A stretch of 64,000 bases of DNA from Myxococcales bacterium (GTDB lineage Bacteria > Myxococcota_A > Polyangia > Polyangiales > Polyangiaceae): positions 217,516 to 281,515 of the forward strand of contig JADKKK010000003.1 in the NCBI GenBank assembly GCA_016720545.1, written 5' to 3'. A program made the translations under genes and the position numbers. This document shows positions 9,098 to 17,921 of this stretch, piece by piece (the stretch's first letter is position 1; each line of letters opens with the position of its first letter). Below the pieces are notes generated by a model that worked only from the letters and a program-made list of their open reading frames with translations, was not told the origin of the DNA and searched no databases.

Positions 9098-10363
9098 TCA
9101 CCACATCGTGAAATCGTCGCTCTTGAAGACGCGACCGAGGGTGTCTTTGAACTTGAAGTTGCCGGCCTTGAAGGCCGCCACCTCGTTCTTGGTGACGACC
9201 GCGGGGACGGTCGCGAGATCGCCAACCACGTCGCCGCGAGAGAAGGCGTAGTTCCACGCGCGGGTCACCGCGCAGGCCGCGACGTCGGGGTCCTTCGCCA
9301 TCTCGGCCGCGAAGCCCGCGATGTCGGTGACGGGCTTGCCGAACCGCCAGCCGAACGTCTGCTGGCCGTCGGGCAGCCAGTCCTTCAGGCGCGCACGTGG
9401 GTTGCCGGCCACCGGGACGGTGACCTGGATGTCGGTCATGTAGGCGCCGTTCCCGTCGAAGTTCCCGAACAGCGGCGCCTGGTGGTTGATGGTGCCGTGG
9501 CAGTTCGCGCAGTTGACCGCCGAGGTGTCCTTGAAGTTCACGCGGATGTCGGGGTCGCCGGTGCCGCCCGTGACGCTGTCGAAGGGCCAGGTGTTCGTGT
9601 ACACGGTGAGCCCCATCGGCACCGGCTTGTCGCTGAACTCGGTGGGGAACTTCGCGCAGACGAAGGTCTCCTGGACGAAGCGCACGCGGCGGAAGGCCAT
9701 CGGCGCGAAGTATTGCGCCATGAGCCCGCGGTCGGTGAGCAGGCCCGCGGTCTGGAGGGTGCCGTTCGCTGCGCAGTCGGCCGCGTTGAGCTTGCTCTGC
9801 GCGGCGTCGAACGTGGGGCAAGTGCCGGTCTTCGCGGTGAAGAGGTCCGTGAAGGGGCGCCCCTCGACCGTCACCAGGGCGGCGAAGTTCGCCGCGAAGT
9901 CCTTGTTGGGCTGGTTCTGGCCAATGTTGCCGACCTGCGCGGTGCGGAGCGTGTCGCGCCAAAAGTCGATCATCTTCAGGGTGAAGCGCGGATCGCCGAG
10001 CAGGCGATCGACGTGCGCCTCGTAGACCTTCTTCTGCTCGGCCTCGCTCGGCGCCGAAGCGATGGAGTTTATCTCCGCGAGGGTCGGCACCTCGCCCACG
10101 AGCTTCAGGCTCGCGGCGCGGAGCGACTCGCCGTAGTCGCGCTTGCGCTGCTCGAGCTGCACGGGCGGCCCCTCCTCCGGGGAGGCCCCGGGGCCCGTGC
10201 CCCCACCCGGCACGCCGCCCGGCCCGGGGGTGAAGGGATCGCCGGGGTCGAGCGTCGTCTCCGAGCCGAGCTGGTTCGGATCGCCTTCGCTCGAGCAGCC
10301 GCCGAGGACGGCCACCATGCCGAACCCTGCGAGCGTCCACGCGGTGAGAGTTCGCCTGCGCAT
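9098..10363 (-). CDS. Putative heme-binding (CxxCH) lipoprotein, DUF1585/1588-like
   Basis: It has a lipoprotein signal ('MRRRTLTAWTLAGFGMVAVLGGC') and a CANCH motif. A GGAGAAAGGGAAG Shine-Dalgarno sequence lies before this ATG. An alternative ATG is at 10393. Confidence 0.6.
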   Translation of the reverse strand: MRRRTLTAWTLAGFGMVAVLGGCSSEGDPNQLGSETTLDPGDPFTPGPGGVPGGGTGPGASPEEGPPVQLEQRKRDYGESLRAASLKLVGEVPTLAEINSIASAPSEAEQKKVYEAHVDRLLGDPRFTLKMIDFWRDTLRTAQVGNIGQNQPNKDFAANFAALVTVEGRPFTDLFTAKTGTCPTFDAAQSKLNAADCAANGTLQTAGLLTDRGLMAQYFAPMAFRRVRFVQETFVCAKFPTEFSDKPVPMGLTVYTNTWPFDSVTGGTGDPDIRVNFKDTSAVNCANCHGTINHQAPLFGNFDGNGAYMTDIQVTVPVAGNPRARLKDWLPDGQQTFGWRFGKPVTDIAGFAAEMAKDPDVAACAVTRAWNYAFSRGDVVGDLATVPAVVTKNEVAAFKAGNFKFKDTLGRVFKSDDFTMW

Positions 10364-10444
10364 GTGCTTCCCTTTCTCCATGATCGAAGTCACTTCTTTG
10401 CAAAGACCGGGCCACGCGGACGCGCGCGACCTAGAGCGGCAGGC

Positions 10445-11665
10445 TCAGAAGAAGATGGCCTTGTTGTTCACGAAGAGGTCGATGAACCCCTGCGTGTTCC
10501 CGACCTTGCCGCCGGTGTGCGCGACGCCCGCGGTCGCGGCCTTCTGCAGCAAGACGCTCGTCGGCAGGTTGCCCTCGTTCAGCTTGCCCAGCACCGAGTC
10601 GCACATCGCCTGGTTGTCGTTGCCGTTGAGCGAGAGCCCAGCCAACCCGGCGCCATGGCAGCTCGCGCAGTTGGAGCCCCCGCCCACCCCCTGCCCTCGC
10701 AACGCCGGGAGGATCGTGTTCCCGAACGCATTGGGATCCTTGCACTTTTTAATCTGCGGGGGCGTCTGGTAGGTGCCCTTCTCGAGCTTCACGGCGTCGA
10801 ACCGGAGCTTGTCGGCCGCGATATCGAAGGGCGCCCATCCCTCTCCGGAGAAGAAAACGGCCCCCGGCCCGAGGAGGGCCTCGGTGCCCTGCTGCACGGT
10901 CTGATCGAGGTTCGAGAAGCTCGCGTCGATGAGCTCGGGAGCCGTCGGATCGGGCTTGGCGAGCACCCGCACGAAGCGCGGGGCGTTCACGTGGACGTCG
11001 GTGCCGGCAGGCGCCACGAGCTTGAGGTTCTTCAGCGAGAGGATGCCGCCGATGAGGCTCGCGTCGAACTTGAGCTTCACGCCGGTGAGCCCGCCCTGCG
11101 CCGCCTTCGTGAGATCGATCTCGTTCGGGCCGGTCTTCACGACGAAAGGGTCGGTCCCGGGGAGCTTCGCCGCGGTGATCGCGACGGCCTCGGACTCGAG
11201 CCACTTGCGGGTCTTTTCTTCGAGCTCCGGGGTCGCCGAGATGGACGGTCCGGCGTGGGCGCCGTGGGTGAGCAGGCTGCTCTGGAAGGCGTCGCGGACG
11301 ACGATGCCTGGAAATTTGCGAATAGAAACGTAGGAGTCGGGCCCCTCGAGGAACTTCGCGGGCTCCGGGTTGAACTGCCCGAGCTCGTGGCATTGCTTGC
11401 CACACGCGTTCTTGAGAGCGGGCTCGATCTCCCGATACAGCTTCTCGGCGTAGGCCTGCTTCGCCTGGATGTCCCCGGGCGAGCCCGGCGGGGCGACCCC
11501 CCCGCCGTCGCCCGCGACGGGCGTCCTGCCGCCGGGCGGAAACACCGGGGTATCGTCCGCGCAGGCGGCGAGCGCGCCGGCGGCGAGCGCGAGCCAAGCG
11601 AGGAGGGCGAGGGGGGCGAGGGGGGCGACGAGGGCGGTCCGAATGGACAACGAGCTGCGGTTCAT
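10445..11665 (-). CDS. Putative heme-binding lipoprotein (CASCH motif), DUF1587/1592/1595-like
   Basis: It has a signal/lipobox ('MNRSSLSIRTALVAPLAPLALLAWLALAAGALAAC'), one canonical CxxCH ('CASCHG') and a CGKQCH motif. An alternative start is at 11695. Confidence 0.6.
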   Translation of the reverse strand: MNRSSLSIRTALVAPLAPLALLAWLALAAGALAACADDTPVFPPGGRTPVAGDGGGVAPPGSPGDIQAKQAYAEKLYREIEPALKNACGKQCHELGQFNPEPAKFLEGPDSYVSIRKFPGIVVRDAFQSSLLTHGAHAGPSISATPELEEKTRKWLESEAVAITAAKLPGTDPFVVKTGPNEIDLTKAAQGGLTGVKLKFDASLIGGILSLKNLKLVAPAGTDVHVNAPRFVRVLAKPDPTAPELIDASFSNLDQTVQQGTEALLGPGAVFFSGEGWAPFDIAADKLRFDAVKLEKGTYQTPPQIKKCKDPNAFGNTILPALRGQGVGGGSNCASCHGAGLAGLSLNGNDNQAMCDSVLGKLNEGNLPTSVLLQKAATAGVAHTGGKVGNTQGFIDLFVNNKAIFF

Positions 11666-11917
11666 TTTCGGCCTCGAGAGCGAGACGTTGCACACGGGGG
11701 GCCAGGAGGTGCAGGAGCGAGGCGCACGAAGCGCCTCAGGAAAGGTGTGGGATCTCGGCAGAATAGCAGGCCGGGCGCGGGGCGCTCGGGATGAGCGCTC
11801 GCGCGGGCGTGGGTCGCGCGCCCACGAGGCCCCCCGTGGATCGTCGGCGAGCCATGGGGGCCAGCCCCAACATGCCGAGCGGGTATGGCCCCCAGGGAGG
11901 CTTCGACCACCCCACCC

Positions 11918-13423
11918 TCATGGGGGCGGTGGGGCGGGAGGCGGCGGCGCGCCAGACGCCGGCGCGCCGGGCGGGGCCGCCCCAGCGGCGAGGCGCTCGC
12001 GGAGGATGCGAGCGGCGTACGCGTACGAGGGGTTCTGCGGCTGCTCGCGCGCGAGCTGCTCGTAGGCCTCCGCCGCCTTGGCCAGATCGCCCTTGTGGAC
12101 CTCGTCGACCGCGGTGCGCTCGAGTGTGGGCCCCTTGCCCGCGTCTTTCCCCGCGGCCGCCGACGGATCGGACGTCCCCGAGGGGGCGGGGCCCGGCGTG
12201 GGGTTGGGCGCGTTGGGCGCAGTGCCCGGGGCGGTCGGAGTGGGCGTCGGCGGCGTGCTCGGCGGCGTGGGCGTGGGGACGAGGCCCATCGCCGAGGGCA
12301 CCGGCGCCGGATCGCCCGCCAGCGCACCGGCCTCGGCGCCCGCGTCGGACCGGGCGGCCTTTTTGGGCGGCGGCGGTGGATCGTCGGTGAAGAGGATGAG
12401 CGCCGCCGCGACGAGCGCCAGCGGCAGGATGATGTAGGTGAGCTTGCGGACGGGCGACGCGGTCTTGAAGTCGGCGATCGCCTTCTTCAGCGGGTCGGTC
12501 TCGGCGGGCGGCGCCGCCTGCGGGAGCTGTCCGACGCCAGAGGCCGAGAATCCTTGAGGGAAAAGTTGCTCCTGCCCGGCCGAGAACGAGCCGCCAGCCT
12601 GCATCGGCTGCATGGGGGGGAAGCCACTGCTTCCCCCGCTCATCGACGCGTTCGGGAAGCCGCCGCTCATGCCGGGCATCCCGCCGGGCATTCCCCCCTG
12701 CCCTTGCATCGGGAAGCCGCCGCTCGCGCCGGGCCCTTGCATCGGGAAGCCGCCGCTCGCGCCGGGCCCTTGCATCGGGAAACCGCCGCTCATGCCTGCG
12801 CTGGGCATCCCGGGCGCCTGCATGGGGAAGCCGCCCCCGGCGGGCGGGAAGGCGCCGGTGGGCGGGCGGGTGCCGCTGCGCGACATGGAGAGATCCAGGG
12901 GCGCGACCCGCGTGGACTCGCCGTCGTCGGCCTGGCTCGAGAACGCCCCGGGCTGGAACGGCCGCGACGGCGCGTCGGTGGGCACCGCCGGAGCGCCCCC
13001 CGAGATTTGCGCGGTGCGGGCAGCGGGTGGCTGGCCAGCCGCAGGAATAGGGGCTGCGGTCGGCGCCTTCGGGGGCGCAGCGGGCGCAGGCGGCGGACCG
13101 GCCGCGGCCCGCTCTTCGGCGCGGTACTCCAAGCGCGCGCCACCGATGTCGATGCTGCAAGGCGGGCGCACCTCGGTCCACTCGGTGCCGATGGGGAAGC
13201 CGTCGACACACGCCGCGTTGTCGGGGTCGGTGGTCTGAAGGAAGAGCGCGTAGCCGTCAAAGTACGCGTACGCGTGCACGTCGAGCATGCGCGCGCCGTC
13301 GATCCGCCACTGGCCGCGGCGGCCGATGCTCAGCGTGGGGGACTCCTTCCCGGAGGTGAGCGGGATGAACCCGGGCTCCCCGATTCCGTTCACGATCTCG
13401 ATGACGTGGGTGGAGGCCGCCAT
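11918..13423 (-). CDS. FHA-like domain protein with Pro/Gly-rich repeats, TM segment and C-terminal TPR-like region
   Basis: The N-terminus is FHA-like ('TLSIGRRGQWRIDGARMLDVHAYAYFDGYALFLQ'). It is followed by three 33-nt in-frame tandem repeats encoding 'GPGASGGFPMQ', then a TM segment ('LTYIILPLALVAAALILF'). The ATG at 13423 is in frame. Confidence 0.55.
   Translation of the reverse strand: MAASTHVIEIVNGIGEPGFIPLTSGKESPTLSIGRRGQWRIDGARMLDVHAYAYFDGYALFLQTTDPDNAACVDGFPIGTEWTEVRPPCSIDIGGARLEYRAEERAAAGPPPAPAAPPKAPTAAPIPAAGQPPAARTAQISGGAPAVPTDAPSRPFQPGAFSSQADDGESTRVAPLDLSMSRSGTRPPTGAFPPAGGGFPMQAPGMPSAGMSGGFPMQGPGASGGFPMQGPGASGGFPMQGQGGMPGGMPGMSGGFPNASMSGGSSGFPPMQPMQAGGSFSAGQEQLFPQGFSASGVGQLPQAAPPAETDPLKKAIADFKTASPVRKLTYIILPLALVAAALILFTDDPPPPPKKAARSDAGAEAGALAGDPAPVPSAMGLVPTPTPPSTPPTPTPTAPGTAPNAPNPTPGPAPSGTSDPSAAAGKDAGKGPTLERTAVDEVHKGDLAKAAEAYEQLAREQPQNPSYAYAARILRERLAAGAAPPGAPASGAPPPPAPPPP
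12700..12798 (-). repeat. 33-bp in-frame tandem repeat x3 (encodes GPGASGGFPMQ)
   Basis: The unit 'ccttgcatcgggaagccgccgctcgcgccgggc' is repeated directly. Confidence 0.7.
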
Positions 13424-13485
13424 GAAGGGACAACACGCGGGGGGGGAAGGAGGTTGGAGGATCGACCGACCGAGAACCGGGGACG

Positions 13486-14601
13486 TCAGCGCCGACGCTG
13501 CGCGGCTTCGTAGACCGAGGCCGGCAGGTCGAGCCCGTGCTCGTGCAGTTGCTCGATGCAACGAGGGATGATCCCGGTCGGGCCGATCGTGCTCTCGATC
13601 TTTCCGGACGGGTCGAACCCTTGGTACTCGCGCACGAAGATGTCCTGCATCTGATACGAGCTCGTGGTCGCATCATACCCCAAGACCTCGGTCACGTGCG
13701 TGATCTTGCGGCTGCCGTCCTGGAGGCGCGACACCTGAACGATGAGGTTCACGGCCGAGGCGATCTGCACGCGGAGCGCGTGGAGCGGCATGTCGACGTC
13801 GCTCATCATGCCCATGGTCTCGAGGCGGGTGATGGTGTCGCGCGGGTACGTGGCGTGGAGCGTGGACATACAGCCGCCGTGGCCCGAGGTCATGGCTTGC
13901 ACGAGGTCGAGCGCCTCGCCGCCGCGGATCTCGCCCACGACGATGCGGTCGGGGCGGAGGCGGAGGGTCGCGCGGAACAGGTCGCGGATCTTCACCTCGC
14001 CCTTGCCCTTTGGATCGGGCGGGCGCGCTTCGAGCTGGCACACGTGCACGCGCTGGAGCTGCAGCTCGCGGGAGTCTTCGATGATGACGACGCGCTCTTC
14101 GTCGGGGATGAAGGACGAGAGCGCGTTCAACATCGAGGTCTTGCCAGACCCCGTGCCGCCGGCGATGAGCACGTTGAGCTTCGACGCGACGAACACCTTC
14201 AGCGCCTCGGCGACCTCGTCGGTCATGGCGCCGAAGTTGATGAGGCGCTGGACGGTGAGGGTCTCCTTGAAGAACCGGCGGATCGACACGCAGGGGCCGT
14301 CGGGGGCCGCCGGCGGAAGCACGGCCTCGATACGCGATCCGTCGGGCAGGCGCCCCTCGAGGATCGGTCGCTCTTCGTCGATGTGCTTGCCGACGTACTG
14401 CGCGGCGTTGCGGAGCGCCGCGGTGAGGTGCTCGACGCTCTCGAACTTCGAGTCGGAGAGGTGGAGCGTCCCCTTCTTCTCGAAGTAGATCTGCCCCGGC
14501 CCGTTGATCATGATGTCGCTGACGCCCGGATCCTCGAGGAGGGGCCGGATGGGGCCGAAGAACTGGAGGAGCGTCTCTTCGAATATTTCCTTCGGAATCA
14601 T
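13486..14601 (-). CDS. CpaF/TadA-family secretion ATPase (short form, no FHA)
   Basis: It has a Walker A ('[10 protein letters not shown]') and the conserved CpaF/VirB11 core ('RIVVGEIRGGEALDLVQAMTSGHGGCMSTLHA'). The ATG at 14601 overlaps the stop of the upstream TPR lipoprotein (ATGA). Confidence 0.8.
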   Translation of the reverse strand: MIPKEIFEETLLQFFGPIRPLLEDPGVSDIMINGPGQIYFEKKGTLHLSDSKFESVEHLTAALRNAAQYVGKHIDEERPILEGRLPDGSRIEAVLPPAAPDGPCVSIRRFFKETLTVQRLINFGAMTDEVAEALKVFVASKLNVLIAGGTGSGKTSMLNALSSFIPDEERVVIIEDSRELQLQRVHVCQLEARPPDPKGKGEVKIRDLFRATLRLRPDRIVVGEIRGGEALDLVQAMTSGHGGCMSTLHATYPRDTITRLETMGMMSDVDMPLHALRVQIASAVNLIVQVSRLQDGSRKITHVTEVLGYDATTSSYQMQDIFVREYQGFDPSGKIESTIGPTGIIPRCIEQLHEHGLDLPASVYEAAQRRR

Positions 14602-15230
14602 GGCGTATCGCCCTCGACGCGGTGAAGGATGGAGGCCCGCGCTTCCTCGACGTGAGAGCCCTTCGGGTCGAGCCGGAGGTACTCGCGAAAATGAGCGTCC
14701 GCGGCCACGAGATCTTGCTCCGCGTCCCGCAGCAGCACGGCGAGCGCGTAGTGCGCTTGGGCGTCGTTGGGGCGCGCCGCGAGCACGCGCTCGAACTCGA
14801 CGCGGGCGAGCTTGGGCTCCTCGGTCGCCGAGTACAGCGACGCGAGCACGAGGCGCACGCGCACGTCGTTCGGGTGTTTCACGAGGTGCTCGCGCGCGTA
14901 CTTCGCCGCGAGCCGAAAGCGCGACTCCTTGATGCACACCTCGAGCAGCAGCGGCATGATCTGCCGAGGGTCGCCGCCTTGGGCGAGCGCGTCGGCCAGG
15001 TACTCCTCCGCGCGCACGTAGTCGCCCACCGCCGCGAAGCCGCGCCCACGCGAGATGAGCTTGTCGACGGTGTGCTCGCGGCTGTACGTGGCCACGTCTG
15101 CCTTGATGGTCTCCGACACGGAGGGCGGCCCGCACGCAGCGGCACCGAGCGCCACGAGCGTCGCCGTCAGCGCGCGCGCGTGTATTATGCACGAGTTTAG
15201 GAGGGCGGCTCCCCGGCGCGCGGCGCTCAC
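14598..15230 (-). CDS. TPR-repeat lipoprotein
   Basis: It has a lipobox ('LVALGAAAC') and TPR repeats. The proposed GTG start at 15230 overlaps the TGA of the upstream FHA gene (GTGA). An alternative ATG at 15290 would overlap that gene by 64 nt. Confidence 0.5.
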   Translation of the reverse strand: MSAARRGAALLNSCIIHARALTATLVALGAAACGPPSVSETIKADVATYSREHTVDKLISRGRGFAAVGDYVRAEEYLADALAQGGDPRQIMPLLLEVCIKESRFRLAAKYAREHLVKHPNDVRVRLVLASLYSATEEPKLARVEFERVLAARPNDAQAHYALAVLLRDAEQDLVAADAHFREYLRLDPKGSHVEEARASILHRVEGDTP

Positions 15231-16102
15231 GTCTTCTTGGCGGCCTCGCCGATTTTCAGCTTCAGCTTTCTGTCGAGGTTCGAGAGCCATGTCACGTACT
15301 CGCCCGTCTTTCCGCTGGTGAACTGCTGAAGAATGCGGACCTGCCGCTGGGCGAGCGCCCAGTCTTCCACGGAGAGCGCGTGGTCGAGCCGCACCTGCTG
15401 TGTGCGGTAGTCGTCGTTGAGCTCGGCGCGCATGGCCCGGGCCGCCTGGTCGGCGATGCCCGCCGAGACAGCGTCGCCACCGACACGGTAGCACGCGGCC
15501 GCTTCCTCGAACAAAGGGACCGCGTGGACGCCATCGGCGACGTGGAAGGGCCGGCGCTCGCGCTTCGCGTCGGCGATGGCCATGCGCTCCTGCGCGCGGG
15601 CGAGGCCCTGCGCGCCGCTCACGGGGCAGGCCGCGATGGGCGGCCCCCAGAGGACGGGCGCCTCCTTCTTGCCGAGCACCGGCCCGGTGGCCTCGTCAGG
15701 GGCGAGGAACAGGTAGCCGGCCGCCGGGAGCATGAGCGCGAGGCCGATGAAGGCCAGCGGGCTCTGCCCTTTCTTCTTCTGCTGGGTCTGGCCACCGAGG
15801 CCAGCCGAGTCCGCGATCGCGACGGCGATCTGGGTCTGGTTGACGCCGAGCACCGCGTCCGGCGGGAGCGGCGACTGCATGAAAGGGACGTTGTTGATCG
15901 TCGGCGAGGGCTGGAAGTTCAGCGCCTTCGCGAAGACGCCCGCCGGGCCGAGCTCGATGAGGAGGTGCTCGACGGCCGCCTGATCGAGCGGCAAGCGGAT
16001 CTCGCAGTGCGCGCCGCTGCCGATGAGCACGCGCTCGGACTCGATGTTGAGCTGCTCGATCTGCCCGGTGGGGAGTCGGATCTGGAAGCGTAGGACGCGC
16101 AC
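15227..16102 (-). CDS. FHA-domain membrane protein
   Basis: The N-terminus is FHA-like ('ERVLIGSGAHCEIRLPLDQAAVEHLLIELGP...PTINNVP') and there is a central TM segment ('LAFIGLALMLPAAGYLFLA'). Confidence 0.6.
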   Translation of the reverse strand: MRVLRFQIRLPTGQIEQLNIESERVLIGSGAHCEIRLPLDQAAVEHLLIELGPAGVFAKALNFQPSPTINNVPFMQSPLPPDAVLGVNQTQIAVAIADSAGLGGQTQQKKKGQSPLAFIGLALMLPAAGYLFLAPDEATGPVLGKKEAPVLWGPPIAACPVSGAQGLARAQERMAIADAKRERRPFHVADGVHAVPLFEEAAACYRVGGDAVSAGIADQAARAMRAELNDDYRTQQVRLDHALSVEDWALAQRQVRILQQFTSGKTGEYVTWLSNLDRKLKLKIGEAAKKT

Positions 16103-16123
16103 TCAACAACCTTTCTACACCGG

Positions 16124-17035
16124 CTAGAGGCCGCCCGTGATGTTCATCATGGCGGGGCCAAGGATGAGCCCCATGATGGCGAAGAAGACGAGCATCAGCG
16201 GGCCGACCATGGCCACGCCCGCCTTCGCCGCCGACTCCTCCGCGCGAACGGAGCGGCGCTGACGCGACACGCCCGCTTGGATGCTGAGCACCTCCGAGAC
16301 CGGGTTGCCGCGCTCCTCCGCTTGGACAAGCGAGTTGACGAACTCGATCACGGCCTCGCAGGGGCAACGGTTCATGAACTCGATGAGCGCGTCCTTGCGG
16401 GTGCGCCCGAGGTTCATGGTCTGGAGGAGGAGAGTGAACTCCTCGACGATGGGGTCGGCCGGGTTGCTGGACTTCTCGACCACTTGGCGAACGGCCCCGG
16501 GGAAGTCGAGGCCCGCACCCATGGAAAGCGCCATGAGATCGATGACATACGGCAAGCCCCGGCTGACCGACTTGAGTCGCTCTTGGGCCTCGCCGCTGAT
16601 CTGCATGTAGGGCATCGACCCGCCGAGCGCGAGGCCGGCGATGAGCGTGATCTGCCCGAGGTCCATCATCCAGCCGAAGATGCCGCCCACGACGCCGCCA
16701 GCGACCGTCGCGAGGATGGTGAGCGCGATGTACTCGTCGGCGCTGATGCCCATGAAGTCGCCGGCGAGGCCGATCTGCTTGTCGAGGGCCGCGCGCTGCT
16801 CGTCGGTGGGCAGGCCGCTGACCCGGAGGCCGAGCCAGCGCACGATGGGCTCGATGCTGGCCCAGGTCTCGTTGTTCGCCAACGCGCGCTGGCGCTTCAG
16901 GCCGCGGAGGCCGAAGCGGCTCGCCACGCGGCTCGGCGCGCTGCCGATCGTGTAGAGGGCCAGGGCGGCTGCGAAGCTGATGAGGACCGGCACCGAGTAG
17001 CGGAGGGTGAGGAGCTGCCAGGAGTAGGTGGGCAT
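16124..17035 (-). CDS. TadC-like pilus-assembly inner-membrane platform protein (T2SSF family)
   Basis: It is a polytopic membrane protein with GspF/TadC-like sequence ('GLPYVIDLMALSMGAGLDF'), located directly downstream of the TadB-like gene. Confidence 0.7.
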   Translation of the reverse strand: MPTYSWQLLTLRYSVPVLISFAAALALYTIGSAPSRVASRFGLRGLKRQRALANNETWASIEPIVRWLGLRVSGLPTDEQRAALDKQIGLAGDFMGISADEYIALTILATVAGGVVGGIFGWMMDLGQITLIAGLALGGSMPYMQISGEAQERLKSVSRGLPYVIDLMALSMGAGLDFPGAVRQVVEKSSNPADPIVEEFTLLLQTMNLGRTRKDALIEFMNRCPCEAVIEFVNSLVQAEERGNPVSEVLSIQAGVSRQRRSVRAEESAAKAGVAMVGPLMLVFFAIMGLILGPAMMNITGGL

Positions 17036-17036
17036 G

Positions 17037-17921
17037 TCAGAGGTCCACCGCGAGCACCTTGCGGGCGATGATGATGGAGCTGGCCCAACACGCGACGCAG
17101 CCCGTGCTGATGAGGTACCCGGTGACGCTCTTGGTGAGCGGGTCGAAGTAGCCGGGCCAGAGCGAGTTCAGGCCGACGAGCAAGCCGAACGGCATGACCG
17201 CGATGACCCAGAGCTGCATCTTGCCCTCGGCGGTCTTGGTGCGGACGACGCCCTCGAGGCGGCGCATCTCGCGGAGCGTGTTGGCCGTCGCCTCGAGCAC
17301 CTTCGGGAGATTGCCGCCGACCTGCCGACCGATGAGCACGGACGAGAGCGCCGAGTCGAGCTGGCGGCTGCCGACCCGCGCAGCCATGTGGAGCAGCGCC
17401 TGATCGAGCGTGCTGCCGACCTTCATCTCCTTCAGCGCGAGGTCGACCTCCTGACGCATCGGATCGGTGATGACCGACGCGACCGAGTTGAGCGCGCCGC
17501 CGATGCTCGGCGTGGTCTTCAGGGCGTTCGCGAGCGCGAGCATGAAGTTGTCGAGCTGCTCTTCGATGAGCTCGACCCGCTTGCGGCGCATGGCCTCGAT
17601 GTAGACGAGCGGCACCACCGCGATGAGGAGCAGGCCCGCCCACCACATGGGGATGGAGAACAGCACGTTCGCCGTGATGAGGAAGAACGCCACGCCGAGC
17701 TGCCCGAGCGTGATGTTCTGCCCCGGGATGAAGATGAACATCGGCCGCAGGCGCTGCTCGAGCAGCGAGTTGTAGCGGGCCCAGTAGCGGTACACGGGAC
17801 CCGACTGATCGGCCGCGGCGGCCCACGTGCCAGCGAAGAGCGCGAGCCCGGTGACCCCGGCGCTCGCCCACTTCAGCACCTCCGTCACGGGGGACACGTC
17901 CCCCATTCTGCCGCTCATCAT
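17037..17921 (-). CDS. TadB-like pilus-assembly inner-membrane platform protein (T2SSF family)
   Basis: It is a polytopic T2SSF-family protein. Its ATG overlaps the stop of the upstream ATPase (ATGA at 17918-17921). Confidence 0.7.
   Translation of the reverse strand: MMSGRMGDVSPVTEVLKWASAGVTGLALFAGTWAAAADQSGPVYRYWARYNSLLEQRLRPMFIFIPGQNITLGQLGVAFFLITANVLFSIPMWWAGLLLIAVVPLVYIEAMRRKRVELIEEQLDNFMLALANALKTTPSIGGALNSVASVITDPMRQEVDLALKEMKVGSTLDQALLHMAARVGSRQLDSALSSVLIGRQVGGNLPKVLEATANTLREMRRLEGVVRTKTAEGKMQLWVIAVMPFGLLVGLNSLWPGYFDPLTKSVTGYLISTGCVACWASSIIIARKVLAVDL

Noticed and set aside
8382-10415. 677-aa single ORF spanning the lipoprotein region
   Set aside because: It is a chimera. The C-terminal 232 aa are a real lipoprotein with its own signal peptide. 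The upstream part is antisense to or out of frame with the CxxCH lipoprotein at 9098..10363.
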